NCBI RefSeq assembly: GCF_006345805.1 | Contig: NC_042998.1 | Coordinates: forward strand, 11,594,001-11,658,000 | Direction: 5' to 3' | Origin: Octopus sinensis | Taxonomy: Eukaryota | Length of the DNA: 64,000 bases | The notes under the pieces: generated by a model | The model's database searches: none | What the model saw: the letters and a program-made list of their open reading frames with translations, nothing else | What the model was told of the DNA's origin: nothing | Position numbers and translations under genes: made by a program | In this document: in pieces, positions 11,364 to 24,408 of the stretch | Numbering within the stretch: the stretch's first letter is position 1 | How the letters are laid out: the number at the start of each line of letters is the position of its first letter

Positions 11364-13874
11364 TACTGGCTATAATAGTTGTAAAACATACATTCAAATA
11401 CTAGCCCTGTATATAATACAAACAATTACTTTGTTTTTATATATTAGATGTAGGCATGGCTGTGCGGATTGAGAAGCTTGCTTTGTGGCCCATGTGGTTT
11501 TAGGCAAGTGTCTTCTAGTATAGCCCTAAATCAACTAAGTCCTTGAGAATGAATTTGGTAGGCAGAAACTGTGGTAGCTTGTGTGTTTATTTCCCCCAAC
11601 ATACCACTTTTTAATAACTGGTTTGGTTTGTTTATGGCACAGTTACTCAACAGCTTAGCAAAAAGAAAAAAAGAGAAGGACAATTGAATAAGTACTAGAC
11701 TTAATAAAGAAAAATTACTTATTCATGACTCAAACATACATTGCATTCTCCTCTAAGAGCTTTTCAGTTCTGTTTGAATTCTCCTGAGAAGATTCTGTTA
11801 ACTTGTGGGTTAAACTTCACATATAGGTGCAGACATGGTTCTGTGGTCAAGAAGCTTGCTTTGCAGCTTAGTTTTGGGTTCAATTCTACTGTGTAGCACC
11901 TTGAGCAAGTGTCTTCCATGGGTCCATTTCAACCAATGCCTTGCAAGTGAATTTGGTAGATGGAAACTGTATAGAAACCCATACACGTTTTTGTGTTTGT
12001 TTCTCTAGTCCTTTACCTCTTGACAACTAGTGTTGGTTGGTTTGTTTATGTTCTGTAACTTTTCAGTTCAAGAAAAGAGACCAATAGAATAAGCACCAGA
12101 CTTAGAATTAAAAAAACAAAAAAATATTGGGGTTAATTTGCTCGGTGATACCTCTTCATGGGGTGGTGTCCTAGCATGTCCTACAATCCAGTGACTGAAA
12201 CAAGTAAAAAAAAAAAAAAAAAGATATCATTAATTTCTTTATTTTTACCATCTGCCTATAAAGGTTCTCTCTTTGCCATATCACATCTTCTAGCCCCTTT
12301 CAATCCAGTCTCTGCCTTACTATATATTCAGATTGATTTAGTAAACTGAATACTGTTCCACTGTTTTATGTTATCTTTTAAGATATAATAGCTCATGGCT
12401 GTGTGTGCTAGTTTATTCTTCAGCTGTTTACTTTAGCAACGTTTCCTTGCTCATCATTTGTATAGATCACATTTCTGTTCAAAAATGTAAAGCTTAACAA
12501 GCTATTTAACTAGCTTTTCTTCTGTTGACATGAATTTTAAAGAAAAGTTAAAATGTTGTGCAGAATTTTGCTGATGCTAATGAACTATCTATGAAAGCAA
12601 TAAGCCCACAGGAGAAATATTTACATTTTGTGATTTTTATATTTACAATTTTTAATTTTTATTTAGTAATGCTAGCTTCTATTCATTTAGAGAGGGTTGG
12701 TCTGCAAATTGATATGTTTGCATGAGTTGTTGTTACATTTATTTAAAAAAAATTTTTTATAGTTCATTATCCTTTCTGAACTTCCACTTATCAATCTTAA
12801 AGTGGCTATTGCATTTATTCTTAGCTTGATATACAGCATCAAGCAATATATTCTGCCAAATTTAGGATGTTGACCAATATCACCTTACATCTGTAGATTT
12901 ATTTGCTCACTGAAACCAAAAATTAGAAATGTCTTGCCTTCTTATATTACCGTGTTGTCTCCTCTACAATTAAATGTCAGTTGATTTGAGAAAAAAAAAA
13001 AAAAAAAAGTGTTTAGATGTGTGTTGGCCATGTTGTGGATTAAACAGAAAATGAAATTTAGTTTAGAAAGTAAAATGAAATAAAAGTACTTAAACATACC
13101 AATAAGTAGATTGTAAAACAATTTCTTTCTGATATTAGTATCTTTTGAGAAAGTTAGCAATGCACACACACACACACATACACACATATATATATATATA
13201 TATATAGTCCCCTTTGGTCATAGTTGACTATGGATAATTTGCATTGGAATAACTCTCTTGGAGAAGGGTTTGTGTGTGTGTGTATAAAAAGAAACAAGTC
13301 TCTCTCTCCGTGCTGCTAATAATGACAAAAGAAAGGTAAAACTGATATAAATTGGTATCCGTATTCTTATAGGTATTGTTGTTACAATGCGAAAGAATCC
13401 TTAGAGAATACTGAATTTCAATTAAATTATTTTGAGAAATGAGCTAAGCCTTTTTAAATGTCTTTTTTCTTTTTTTTTTCTGTTCAAATCTGATATGATG
13501 CTTCTTCAAATCAGAAGGTAGTGAGTAAAAAGAAAAATAAGTGTAATGATTTTTTTTCAAATCAGAAATATAGCGAAAGAGATAGGCAGTTGTAGGGTTT
13601 TATTTGTTTGTCTTGTCATTGGCGTTAATGGTGATTCTTTCTTAATAGTTACCATGGAAAATTCTGTTTAAGCACTTTCTCTAAGTTTCAGGTGTAGCCA
13701 TACTTCTGGATGTACATCTATTGAAAGAGATATACACTGTGCTTTGCATTTTTCCGTTTGACTTCTGCCTTCATGATTGAACATGTGATGGCCATTGCCA
13801 TACAAAGAACCAAGTGTTTATCTCACTTACCTAATAGACATACATGAATATGGATACAAGTAAACAAAACTTAA

Positions 13875-14093
13875 CCCTTTAGTGTTCTGATTATTCTATC
13901 AAACATAATGCTTATTGATTCCCATTGATTTGAATTAATCATGCATTATCTCATATCTTCAAGATCTTGATGGTGTAATTACCTAATGTAGAATAACATT
14001 GTAGGGTAGGTGTGAGAGCCTGGATCTGGTTAGTTTGAACATAAAACAGATTAAATATTTTGGCCGGATATGGCCGGTTTAAATACTAAAGGG
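13875..14093. mobile_element. piggyBac-like MITE, 219 bp
   Basis: TTAA on both sides; TIR CCCTTTAGTGTT / AATACTAAAGGG; related copies at 32756..32976 and 52180..52280 (partial). Confidence 0.82.
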
Positions 14094-14700
14094 TTAAATA
14101 AAGACTCGTCAAAAAAATGCCTTATAAATTGATTTCATGTTTTACTAGATCAACTTTGTCTTTCTTCCTTCTGCATTCAATGAAATAAGTTCCTGTTAGG
14201 TACTAGATGACCAATGTAATTGACTATAACTCACCCTACATGTGTTATTGTGTCTATATTACTTATTTTATCAAGGCCAATAAAATAATTAGCAATTGAG
14301 CACTGGATTCAATGTAATTGACTTATGCTTCCTTCTAAAATTGCTGGCCATGTGCCAAAATTTGAAACCAATATGTTTTGACTGAGTTTCTAGTATACCA
14401 CTAGCTGCACTTTTACGTGTGCAACATTGCCTTTTTGGAATGGAGAGCTGTATTTGTATGCAGCATCAGTTTTGCATTGTTGTTTCTGGTGACGTGTTAG
14501 TGTTTTGCCCATCTTTTGTGTAGAATATATAGGCACAGGAGTGGCTGTGTGGTAAGTAGCTTGCTAACCAACCACATGGTTCCGGGTTCAGTCCCACTGC
14601 CTGGCATCTTGGGCAAGTGTCTTCTGCTAAAGCCCCGGGCTGACCAATGCCTTGTGAGTGGATTTGGTAGACGGAAACTGAAAAGAAGCCTGTCATATAT

Positions 14701-15933
14701 CATCATCGTCATCATCATCGTCGTTTACGTCCGTTCTCCATGCAGCATGGGTTGGAAGGTTCGACCGGGGTTCTGGGAAGCCAGAAGGCTGCACCAGGCT
14801 CCAGTCTAATTTGGCAATGTTTCTACAGCTGGATGCCCTTCCTAACGCCAACCACTCCTGAGTGAGTGTAGTGGGTTGCTTTTTTACGTGCCACCGCACA
14901 GGTGCCAGGGGGGCTGGCAACGGCCACGGTCAGATTGGTGTATTTTATGTGCCACCGGCACGGAAGCCAGTCGAGGCGGTGCTGGCATCGCCACGAGTCG
15001 GATAGTGATTTTTGACGTACCACCAGACCAGGGATCCTGGCTGGTTCAATTCGATTTCGATTGCGCTTGCCCAAAATGTCTTCACAAGCAAAGGGGGTTG
15101 GCAAGGGTGCCTGTCGTACGGCGCATTGGAGTATTTTACGTGCCACGGCCACGAGTCGGATAGTGCTTTACGTACCACCAGACCAGGGATACTGGCTGGT
15201 TCAATTCGATTCGATTTTCGCTTGCCCCAACATGTCTCACAAGCAAAGGGGGTTGGCAAGGGTGCCTGTCGTACGGTCGCATTGGAGTATTTTACGTGGC
15301 ACGGCCACGAGTCGGATAGGCTTTACGTACCACCAGACCAGGGATCCTGGCTGGTTCAATCGATTTCGATTTCGCTTGCCCCAACATGTCTTCACAAGGC
15401 AAAGGGGGTTGGCATGGGTGGCCTGTCGTACGGGCATTATTGGAGTATTTTACGTGCCACGGCCCGAGTCGGATAGTGCATTTTAAGTACCACCAGGCAG
15501 GGATCCTGGCTTGGTTCAATTCGGGTTTCGATTTCGATTTCGCTTTCGCTTGCCCAAACATGTCTTCGCAAGCATGGGGGGTGGGATGGGGTCTGTCGTC
15601 GGATGAGGTTCTATATCGACTTCGCTTGCCTCAACCGGTCTTTGTGTCCAAGGGAGGAAAGGCATTCATAAGTGGCTGGGCTCACTTGTCCTGCCTGGTC
15701 TTCTCACGTACAGAATATTCCAAAGGTCTCGGTCTCTGGTAATTCCTCAGTGAGGCCGAAAGTTTCGAAGGTCGTGCTTTCACCACCTCGTCCAGTTTTC
15801 CTGGGTACCTCTTCCACGGGTTCCCTCAACTGCTAGGGATTGGCACTTCTCACACACCTATCTTCATCCATTCTCGCACATGACCATACCAGCGCAATCG
15901 TCTCTCTTGCACACCACAACTGATGCTTCTTAG
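14701..15933 (-). mobile_element. 5'-truncated RTE-clade LINE (decayed ORF2 C-terminus plus 3' UTR with VNTR)
   Basis: Minus-strand remnant LVWSCARMDEDRCV resembles the RTE C-terminal WYGHVLRMDEDSCV motif seen at 45602..45808; (GAT)-rich tail at 14701. Confidence 0.82.
14991..15600. repeat. About 157-bp tandem repeat, about 4 copies, inside the RTE 3' UTR
   Basis: CCACGAGTCGGATAG recurs at 14991, 15149, 15305 and about 15463. Confidence 0.92.
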
Positions 15934-16561
15934 GTATATATATATATATATATATATATGTGTGGTGTGTGTGTGTTTGTGTCTGGGTTGGTCCCCCTAG
16001 CATTGCTTGACAACCGATGCTGGTGTGTTTAGTCCCCGTCCACTTAGGTTCGGCAAAAGACACCAATAGAATAAGTCCCGGGGTCGATTTGCTCGACTAA
16101 GGCGGTGCTCCAGCATGGCCGCAGTCCTGCAGTAAAATCTGTGAAACTGTAAACATGTAAGAGTGTGAGTTGGGTTTGTGAGTTATGTGTGGTTGTGTTT
16201 CATAGGGGGTTGTGTATTAGCACATAATGCATTGGGTGGTGATTGTGTAATGTATGTGCTGTATGGAGTTGTCTTATTGAGTGGTAACTGTGTAGAATAG
16301 TGGTTCTTAAACTATCAAATACTAGTCCCCATTTCCACCGAAGTATCATCAGAGATATTAATGAGACTACCAAATAAAGTTGTCATTTCTTTGCTATGGT
16401 GTTATATAATTCATAAGAGCTTAAACCATGTTGAATGTGTTCAACATGGCAATTTGTCTGCCTGTTTTCAGTCTTCACATAGGTGTAGAGTATGTTATGT
16501 AAGTTGTTTTTTTTTTTTTCTTTTGTCATGCCTGTACAGGGTGTAAGTTGTGTTAGAATAT

Positions 16562-16790
16562 GGGTGGCAGCTGGCAGAATCTTTAGCATGCCAGGCGAAA
16601 TGCTTAGCGGTATTTCATCTGTCACTATGTTCTGAGTTCAAATTCTGCTGAGGCGACTTTGCCTTTCATCCTTTCAGGGTCGATTAAACAAGTACCAGTT
16701 ACACACTGGGATTGATGTAATTGACTTAATCCCTTTGTCTGTCCTTCTTTGTCCCCTCTGTTTAGCCCCCTGTGGGCAATAAAGAAATAA
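16562..16790 (+). mobile_element. tRNA-derived SINE family C
   Basis: GGTGGCAGCTGGCAGAATC head, GAGTTCAAATTC B-box-like motif, TCATCCTTTC.GGGTCGAT..AAGTACCAGTT core, AATAAAGAAATAA end; decayed copies near 34521 and 37790. Confidence 0.75.
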
Positions 16791-19700
16791 ATATGGGTGG
16801 CAGTTGTGTAGAGTATCATAGTCATGCCAATAATGTACTGTACCAATGGACTGAAAGAGTCTTGTGTAGGGTGTAATCTGTTCCCAGCAAGGCTAGTTTT
16901 TTGGATGTGTAAAATTGTGACCTTTTTGTATATTTTCTGTATGTTTCTGTTAATGTTTGATATTTATAATATTTAACATCCCAATCAATATTTGAATTGT
17001 TTTCATTCTCATATTACACGTCCTGCTTATTTCATATTCATGACCCTTGTTCTTTGACCAAGTTCTTATTGACTTTTTCACATTAAGCTTTTTAATGATG
17101 GATGGGGGGGGGAGGCCCCTCCAGTGAATTAGCTGAAAGGTGGGTAAGAGTGGTGAGAATGGTCTAAATCAATAGGCTACCTCTCATCATGCACTTATAG
17201 GTAGAACAAAGTTGGGAGGGGGTCACTTTATGAACTCCCTTGATTGACCTTGGGGCTTTTGTTCCCCTTTGTGTTGGGGTTTTTGTTGACATTTAATTTA
17301 CCTTTTCCTTCAGCCAAAATCTTCATATACTTTCTCCAATGTCTTGGACCCTTGCATTCAAGAAAAGAGATTATCATTATTGTTACTAGTTTAAATAAAA
17401 CCTAATCTTAGAATGTTAAGATTATTAAATTTTGATAGGTAGGAAGTACTTTTTCATTGTGATATGGGCTCCCACAATTGAAGTGATAGACCTGTGGAAT
17501 TTTATTTCTACCCTAAGTTTTTGCATATATCACTGATTAACTTTAAGGAAAGATATACACCCTCTCATAACCTCACTTTCCTTTCCTTTCCTTTTCTTTT
17601 CTATTTGAGGCTTTTGGTATTTTTTGTTTGTTTTTCTCCACTAAAACTAATTACTTTATCTGTAAGATTGTTTCATTATTCATTGATTATATAAATTTTA
17701 TAATCATTATAAATTTCTTAATAAAATTTTATAAACAAAACTAAAATTTTCATCTGTAATTACTGAAAATCACAGTAATTATTTTTATTTATCTATTCTG
17801 CTCCTTTTATTCTTTTCTGAAAATTAGCTTATCTTTTCCTTCTTTCATTTGGTTATTTCAGTACATGCATTTATCTTTTTAGCAGTAAAGATTGTACAAG
17901 AATGGTAAGCTATAGCAAGCATGAACATTTAGTTGCTGTTATTTGTTTTATTTATTTTAAAAAATTCAGATTGTTTTGCTTTTCCAGAAATTTAAGGCCT
18001 ATATTATTTAAAAATGTATTCAATTTTTCATAATTATTACCACCTTAATTATCATTCTTCTTTTCATCCTCCTCATTATTATTAAGGTGGTGTAGTGGCA
18101 ACTATGGTAGATCACCAGATCAATATGAATGCTTTACAGCATTTACTTTCATTCCATTATGTTCTGGATTAAATCCTTGCCAGCAGTGATTCTATTTTGT
18201 CTTTCATCTCTTAGATGTTGATGAACATGAATATCAGTCATGTGCCAGTATTGATTTGTCTCATTATACCACTCCATATAAATACAATTGTAGGGTGGGT
18301 ATAATGATAATTCAATCCAGTGTATCCAGTGCAAAGCCCCCAAGAAGATTTCAGGAACAAAAAACAAGAAAAAAAAAGTTGTTAATATAAGGTTATTAAT
18401 GACTTTAAACTGTAATGAAGAAACAGTAGAATTTGGCCATTCATTGAAAACCATGTGGTTTTAGCAATCATTTTACTTTGCTACTATGAAACCTTAATTA
18501 ATTCTCTGCTTTTCTCTTGAAAGATTACAGCTTGAAATATTAGACTTTCCTTTTACTTCTTTGCAACATAAAATCAATTGTGTACTTCTGTCTGTTTTGT
18601 TCCTGAAATCTTCTTACAAATGTGTGGCTTTGTACCTTGTGAGAAGGCAACATCATTAATTAATCTTTTACCTAATGTATTTTTTCACCTAAACTTAACA
18701 TTTTTTCCTGAATGTTTTTTTTTCTTCAAGTGTGGTTTTTTAAAAAAATTTATTTCAAAATATTGCTGACATTTTCTCCTTCCTTCACCTTGATTAGGTC
18801 AAGCTAGCAAAACTTTTGTTTTTGTTTCAAATAGAATAATGGGCAGTAATTATAAAGCATAATGGTTACATTGTGTAAGATACTAGCTTTGAAAATCCTT
18901 GAATTCAGCAAAGTGGTGGCAGAAAGAACGCTTACATTACTTCTGTGTCTCTTGGAAATAGTAGCCAAATCTGTCACATCACTCTTAAAATCTTAATAAA
19001 AAAAAGCTGCATTAACAGTCCTGCATACGCTGGCTGAAAGGAAAAAAAAGTCATGGCTAAAATTGCTTTGATTTATAAGGGTTGACTTGGTTTAATCAAC
19101 AACTGAGTTCATACTCTGACATTTTTCAATCTTCTTGGCTCTCATCACTCTTAGCTAAATAGTAATCATTAGATTAATATTTTGTCTTCAGCCAATGAAG
19201 GAAATTTTATGTCCAGATATGGAGTCATTTTTAGTATAGGGGTGGTGGTGGCAAATTTTAAGTACTTTAGGACCTGTGGGTTGCATCTCTTTTGAAGAAA
19301 ATATTGAAACGTTATGAAAATTCATAGGGATTCCATATATATAGTACTGTTTTAATCTAAAGGCTCAAACAATTTTTTCATAAGTATTTTTAGGAACTGT
19401 GTGGGTCACAGGGGTTGTTCTCAATTCCTCTTCAATGCAGTCATTTGGTCTGGCACGTCTTACTGACTTGGAAATAAGGCATATTGATTAATGTAGTTTT
19501 GTTATAGAAGGAAGATAGAAAACCCGGTCATGGCTGAAATACCCTTAACTATAGATCTACTCTATTAGTTGGTCTGGGGCTGAATGAATCGAATGACAAT
19601 TATCAATGGTTGTTGACTATATAGCAAAACCTACCAGGTTTGCAAACAATTGTATGCAAACTCCAACACATTCAGTCTTACTTCACACCATGGTAACTTC

Positions 19701-22026
19701 TCACCATACTGAAGTGAATAAATATTTGTTAATTACTTGGATATGTTAAATTTCATTAGGCAAAAAAATAACATTTGCAGTCTATATGCTGGTTTTAGGC
19801 TTGAAATAGGTTTTCAAACTTGTTGGTTATAAATACTCAGTATATGCAATTGACAAAGCATTAAATTAAAGTTGCCATTCATGTGTCATACTCAATGTAT
19901 GCACATTGTGGAGAAGCATGATGCTGTATTTTTTCATAGACTTGCAGTGTTAACAATATATATCGGTGTGATGAACATCATCCTAGCTGTGACTCGCTAG
20001 AATGCCAGATGTGTTTTGACCTCATTGGATCTTGTCAATGACATGTACTTGCTAGTCATATGCTTAGATGGAATATGTTTTCCCTGATATATAGGAAGCA
20101 GTGAATAATACATTCACATGCCTAATACATGTATACACCTAAGAAGCATCTGAAATTTGAAGGAATGCATTAACTACATTGGGTGTAAGTCTCGCTGCAG
20201 CTCTGCAGGTGAGATTGTTTGAATTTAATACCCAGTCACTGCAGCCAGTTATAGTATGTCAGTCAGTGTGCTCAGCTGTGATTTGACATGTCAGCTATGG
20301 TTTGACATGTCAACTATGGTTTGACATGTCAGCTTGGCCAGCTGTTTGAAGGACATTTGAAGGACCAATTCTACATATGATCCATATGATATACCAGTTT
20401 ATCTGCAATTAGCTCAATATGGTGAAATAAACGAATATTAATAGTTTTGTTTCTTTTAATGTCTTCAACTTTAGAGGGGATGTGTAACTCCTTCCATGTT
20501 TTTTTTTACATTTTTGTTTGTTTTCTTTTTTTGACTTCTTCCCTCTCTTAATCTACTTCTTGCCTCTCTCAGTACTTAGAACCTCCACATGTTGGAGAAT
20601 TAAACTGTAAAAGCAAAAAAAAAAAGCAAGCTAGCTATATAAAATAGCTATTTAAGTCATGAACAAAGGTTTTCATGTCCTATCAAATGATATGTGGGTG
20701 GGTATTGATTACTAAATGTATTTCTTTTTAAAGATATAAAGCATGGAAATCTTATTGGTGGCTAAAAAAAAAAAAAAAAAGCCAGAAACAGGACTATACC
20801 ATCTCCTGCCAACTGAGTTTAAAATTTCATTCTTGGGATGTTTTCTGTGGTCTGCTCTGCACACATTTTGCAATAAAGATCACATTGCATGAGTAATTAT
20901 CCAATAACACACGCATACACACTTACATAAAATACTGAATAAAATTAAACCTTTGAGTTTTGCTGATATTAAATATATAATTGTTTTGATATGTAATTAT
21001 TGATAGTGTGAATGTTCTTTTTGTACTACTTTTAGGCAAGGCAAAGAAAATTAAAATGTGTTACATATTTTAATCTGAAATCTTTGTCACAATGATTTCA
21101 AGTATTTCTGCAGTTTTTATTGAAAAAGAAAAAGTCTTTTTTAAATACATGCTTGTGTTTCCTCAGCTACACACACTCTCATATACACATGTACACACTT
21201 TTCAGAGTGAAACATTAAACTTTAAAAAGTTCACAAAAGTGAATAAGTTAGGATTTTGTTGAGAGAGATCTCACATTTCTGGTGGGAAGCCCTTCAGTGC
21301 CCTTCCAATTTCTCTTTTCATAGCATGTTAACTTATTCTACTCTGATGAAGTTTTTAAAGGCAGTTGAAACAATTGCCATTTTGCAATTTACTTTAATAA
21401 GGCTATCATCTGAGCATTTCATTAAAAAGCTGTTATATATAACCACTTTATAGAAGTGAGATCTGTCTATGACTTCATGTACTTTATGCATTTTACACTG
21501 TTCTAAATTGTAAATACTGAATAGCTTTGTAGAGTTTAACCATCAATACCATCCTGTGTTCAATTTTCCTGTACTTATCTTTTAATTTATTTTATATTTC
21601 ATACAATCCATTTTTGCTTTTGTTTTGATGTCTGATTTAAAAATAATGCATATATGATTATCACTGGACCAAAAACAAAATAGTCTTAAACCTTTTAAGC
21701 CAATCTTGTCCTAATATTTCGGTGTACATGTATATATAATTTTAGTGTGTGTGTATGAGTCGGTGTATACATATTTATATGCAAGCACAGCATTTTTTTT
21801 TGTTCCAATATTAAAAACATAAAAAGAAATAAAATAATATAAAACAAATTGAGAAAATATGATTTTTTAAAGCAAACTTGACTAATAATTAATGGAACAT
21901 AATTTTTAAAGATGGCAAAAATTATACATGAGACTAAAAAGAATTCCTGAGCTGTTTCTGTTTATCATTTTCTAAAGTCTAAATCAATAGATTTTTGCAT
22001 CGATTTCCTGGTTTTGTTTTCTTCAG

Positions 22027-22107
22027 TCTGGTAAGAAAGAACCAAGTGCTGAACTAGAAGATGCTATTGAGAATTGGCAGAAAAAATCTAGAGATTTAAG
22101 ACGTCAG
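22027..22107 (+). CDS. CTNNA: alpha-catenin exon (81 nt, phase 0-0): SGKKEPSAELEDAIENWQKKSRDLRRQ
   Basis: ttttcttcag acceptor, gtaagg donor; aligns with vertebrate AGRKERSDALNSAIDKMTKKTRDLRRQ. Confidence 0.95.
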
Positions 22108-22721
22108 GTAAGGATATTTCCATGACAAACTATGAATAAATTATTTTTATGTATTTCTGTTTTTGTTGTTGGTGTTGTTTGTTTATGATTTTTCTGTTAC
22201 TTATGCTGTTTAAGGGTGGCAAATTATATATATAAATAAGATATTGCAATGCAAATGTATTACTGTCCAGTGTGTGTGTGTGAGAGAGAGAGATCATAAA
22301 CAAGTATGTTTGCTTGGCTAAGAAGTTTGCTTTTCAACCACATATTCTCAGGTTCAGTCTCACTGTATGGCACCTCATGCAAGCATCTTCTGTTATTGCC
22401 TTCAGCTCACCATTACTTTGTGAGTAGAACCGACGGAGGACAAATGTGCATATGACTATTTCTCATTTCCGCTTTACTCAAATGAGACTGAGTGAAGAAA
22501 GAAGTGTTTTGTATTTACACCTCATAGTTCTGCACACTCAATATTGTGAAATAAAAGTGCCCTTTCTTGCAAAACAGGAAAGACTTAACAGGAAAAGCCT
22601 GTAGCAATATTTATACTGCCTCAGGCATGTACTTGCCCCAACCATAAGTGAAGAAACATCGACATAAATTGAATGACTGACTGTAAATATATATAGATTG
22701 TGTATATACATTGTATATATA

Positions 22722-22891
22722 GGCGCAGGAGTGGCTGTGTGGTAAGTAGCTTGTTTACCAACCACATGGTTCTGGGTTCAGTCCCACTGCGTGGCACCTT
22801 GGGCAAGTGTCTTCTACTATAGCCTCGGGCCGACCAAAGCCTTGTGAGTGGATTTAGTAGACAGAAACTGAAAAGAAGCCTGTCGTGTATA

Positions 22892-22936
<45 letters not shown>

Positions 22937-23120
22937 GCATGTTTGTGTTTGTCCCCCTAGCATTGCTTGACAACCGATGCTGTTGTGTTTATGTCCCCGT
23001 TACTTAGCGGTTCGGCAAAAGAGACCGATAGAATAAGTACTGGGCTTACAAAAGAATAAGTCCTGGGGTCGAGTTGCTCGATTAAAGGCGGTGCTCCAGC
23101 ATGGCCGCAGTAAAAGAGTA
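22722..23120 (+). mobile_element. SINE family A
   Basis: Same head, core and tail as 8532..8957. Confidence 0.9.
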
Positions 23121-23460
23121 TATGCACATACACAAGCTTTTTGAGGCATGATACCCTTTCTGATGCCAACCATTTGAGTAAATTTTTACACCAGTCCACT
23201 ACCTATTTTAAAACTGGGGTACACATAGCGAATGCATACATATGTACTGGGTACAGCATCATATTTACCCATTATTTAAGCATAATTAACAATTTAAACA
23301 TAAAATAGGGGTGGCCATTTTGAAATGTAAATATATTACTAATAAATATAACAACCAATTTACAAACTTTCATTAACCAAAACTTAAAACTTAATTTTAT
23401 GATGAAATGAATGATGGGTAAATATATATATATATGTATGTATATATATATATATATATT

Positions 23461-23759
23461 GGCTTCCGTGCCGGTGGCACGTAAAAAGCACCATCCAATC
23501 GTGGCCGTTGCCAGCCTGGCCTGGCCTCCGTGCCGGTGGTACGTAAAAAGCACCATCCGATCATGGCCGTTTGCCAGCCCCGTGTGGCACGTAAAAAGCA
23601 CCCACTACACTCATGGAGTGGTTGGCGTTAGGAAGGGCATCCAGCCGTAGAAACATTGCCAGATCAGACTGGGCCTGGTGCAGCCTTCTGGCTTCCCAGA
23701 CCCCAGTTGCACCGTCCAACCCATGCCAGCATGGAAAGCAGACGCTAAACGATGATGAT
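23461..23759 (+). mobile_element. RTE-type 3' tail fragment flanked by (TA)n
   Basis: Same motifs as 11066..11363. Confidence 0.8.
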
Positions 23760-24328
23760 ATATATATTACAGAGAGAGAGAGAGGGGTGTGTCTGCCTGA
23801 ATGTGCATTTTCTAATCATTCTTTAGTAGAAATCATTAATCTTCATAGCTAAAAATTAAAATAATATTGATAAAAATAAATTACATGACTGTCAAATTAA
23901 AAATTTCTCTAGGGAAGAAAATAAATTACAATGTAGAAAAAAAGTGTACTAGTGAATGGAATACGAATCTAGCTCTTGCGAGGTCAGCTTGATGGTTATT
24001 TCACCTAACTTATTCTTTATAACAGTCAATGATCTGTTGAATAATAAGCTCTGCTAGACTGATTTGGCCTCCAGCAAGGAAGACAATGGATTTAGTAGTA
24101 ACCCCCTCCTCTCTTTATATATATGGATATGTATCTCTTGCTCTCTCTCTCTCTCTCCCCACACACACACATACACACAAATATATATAAAACAATAAAT
24201 AACTTGGTTTTTGTCTGTCAGTAAGTAAACTAAAGCAAATGGTGCTGTATGTTATTCTCAGGAGTAATGAATACAAACATTTTTTTCAGATAATTTGTTT
24301 TGTGGAATGTAATAAATGTTCTGTCTAT

Positions 24329-24364
<36 letters not shown>

Positions 24365-24368
24365 CACA

Positions 24369-24408
<40 letters not shown>

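Larger units (their letters stand above)
14532..16126 (+). mobile_element. SINE family A interrupted in its central microsatellite by an RTE insertion (halves 14532..14700 and 15936..16126)
   Basis: 5' half ends at AGCCTGTCATATAT and 3' half resumes with (TA)n(TG)n...GCGGTGCTCCAGCATGGCCGCAG. Confidence 0.85.

Noticed and set aside
13283-13341. TATAAAAA plus mini first exon ATG ACA AAA GAA AG|gtaaaa that would splice in frame to the 17862 exon
   Set aside because: It would leave a 5' UTR of only about 9 nt; TATA-like words and phase matches are expected by chance in AT-rich DNA.
14991-15600. CRISPR-like regular repeats (also the 79-bp and 56-bp arrays)
   Set aside because: Eukaryotic context, whole units repeat with no unique spacers, no cas genes.
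21343-21378. CTGATGA...GAAAC AATT GCC
   Set aside because: U16.1 is C, stem II is very weak and stem I does not form.
1-22026. Nested antisense gene such as LRRTM (found in the equivalent vertebrate intron) or upstream alpha-catenin exons
   Set aside because: No long ORF, LRR motif or N-terminal alpha-catenin peptide was seen on either strand; the intron continues upstream of the window, so absence applies only to this part.
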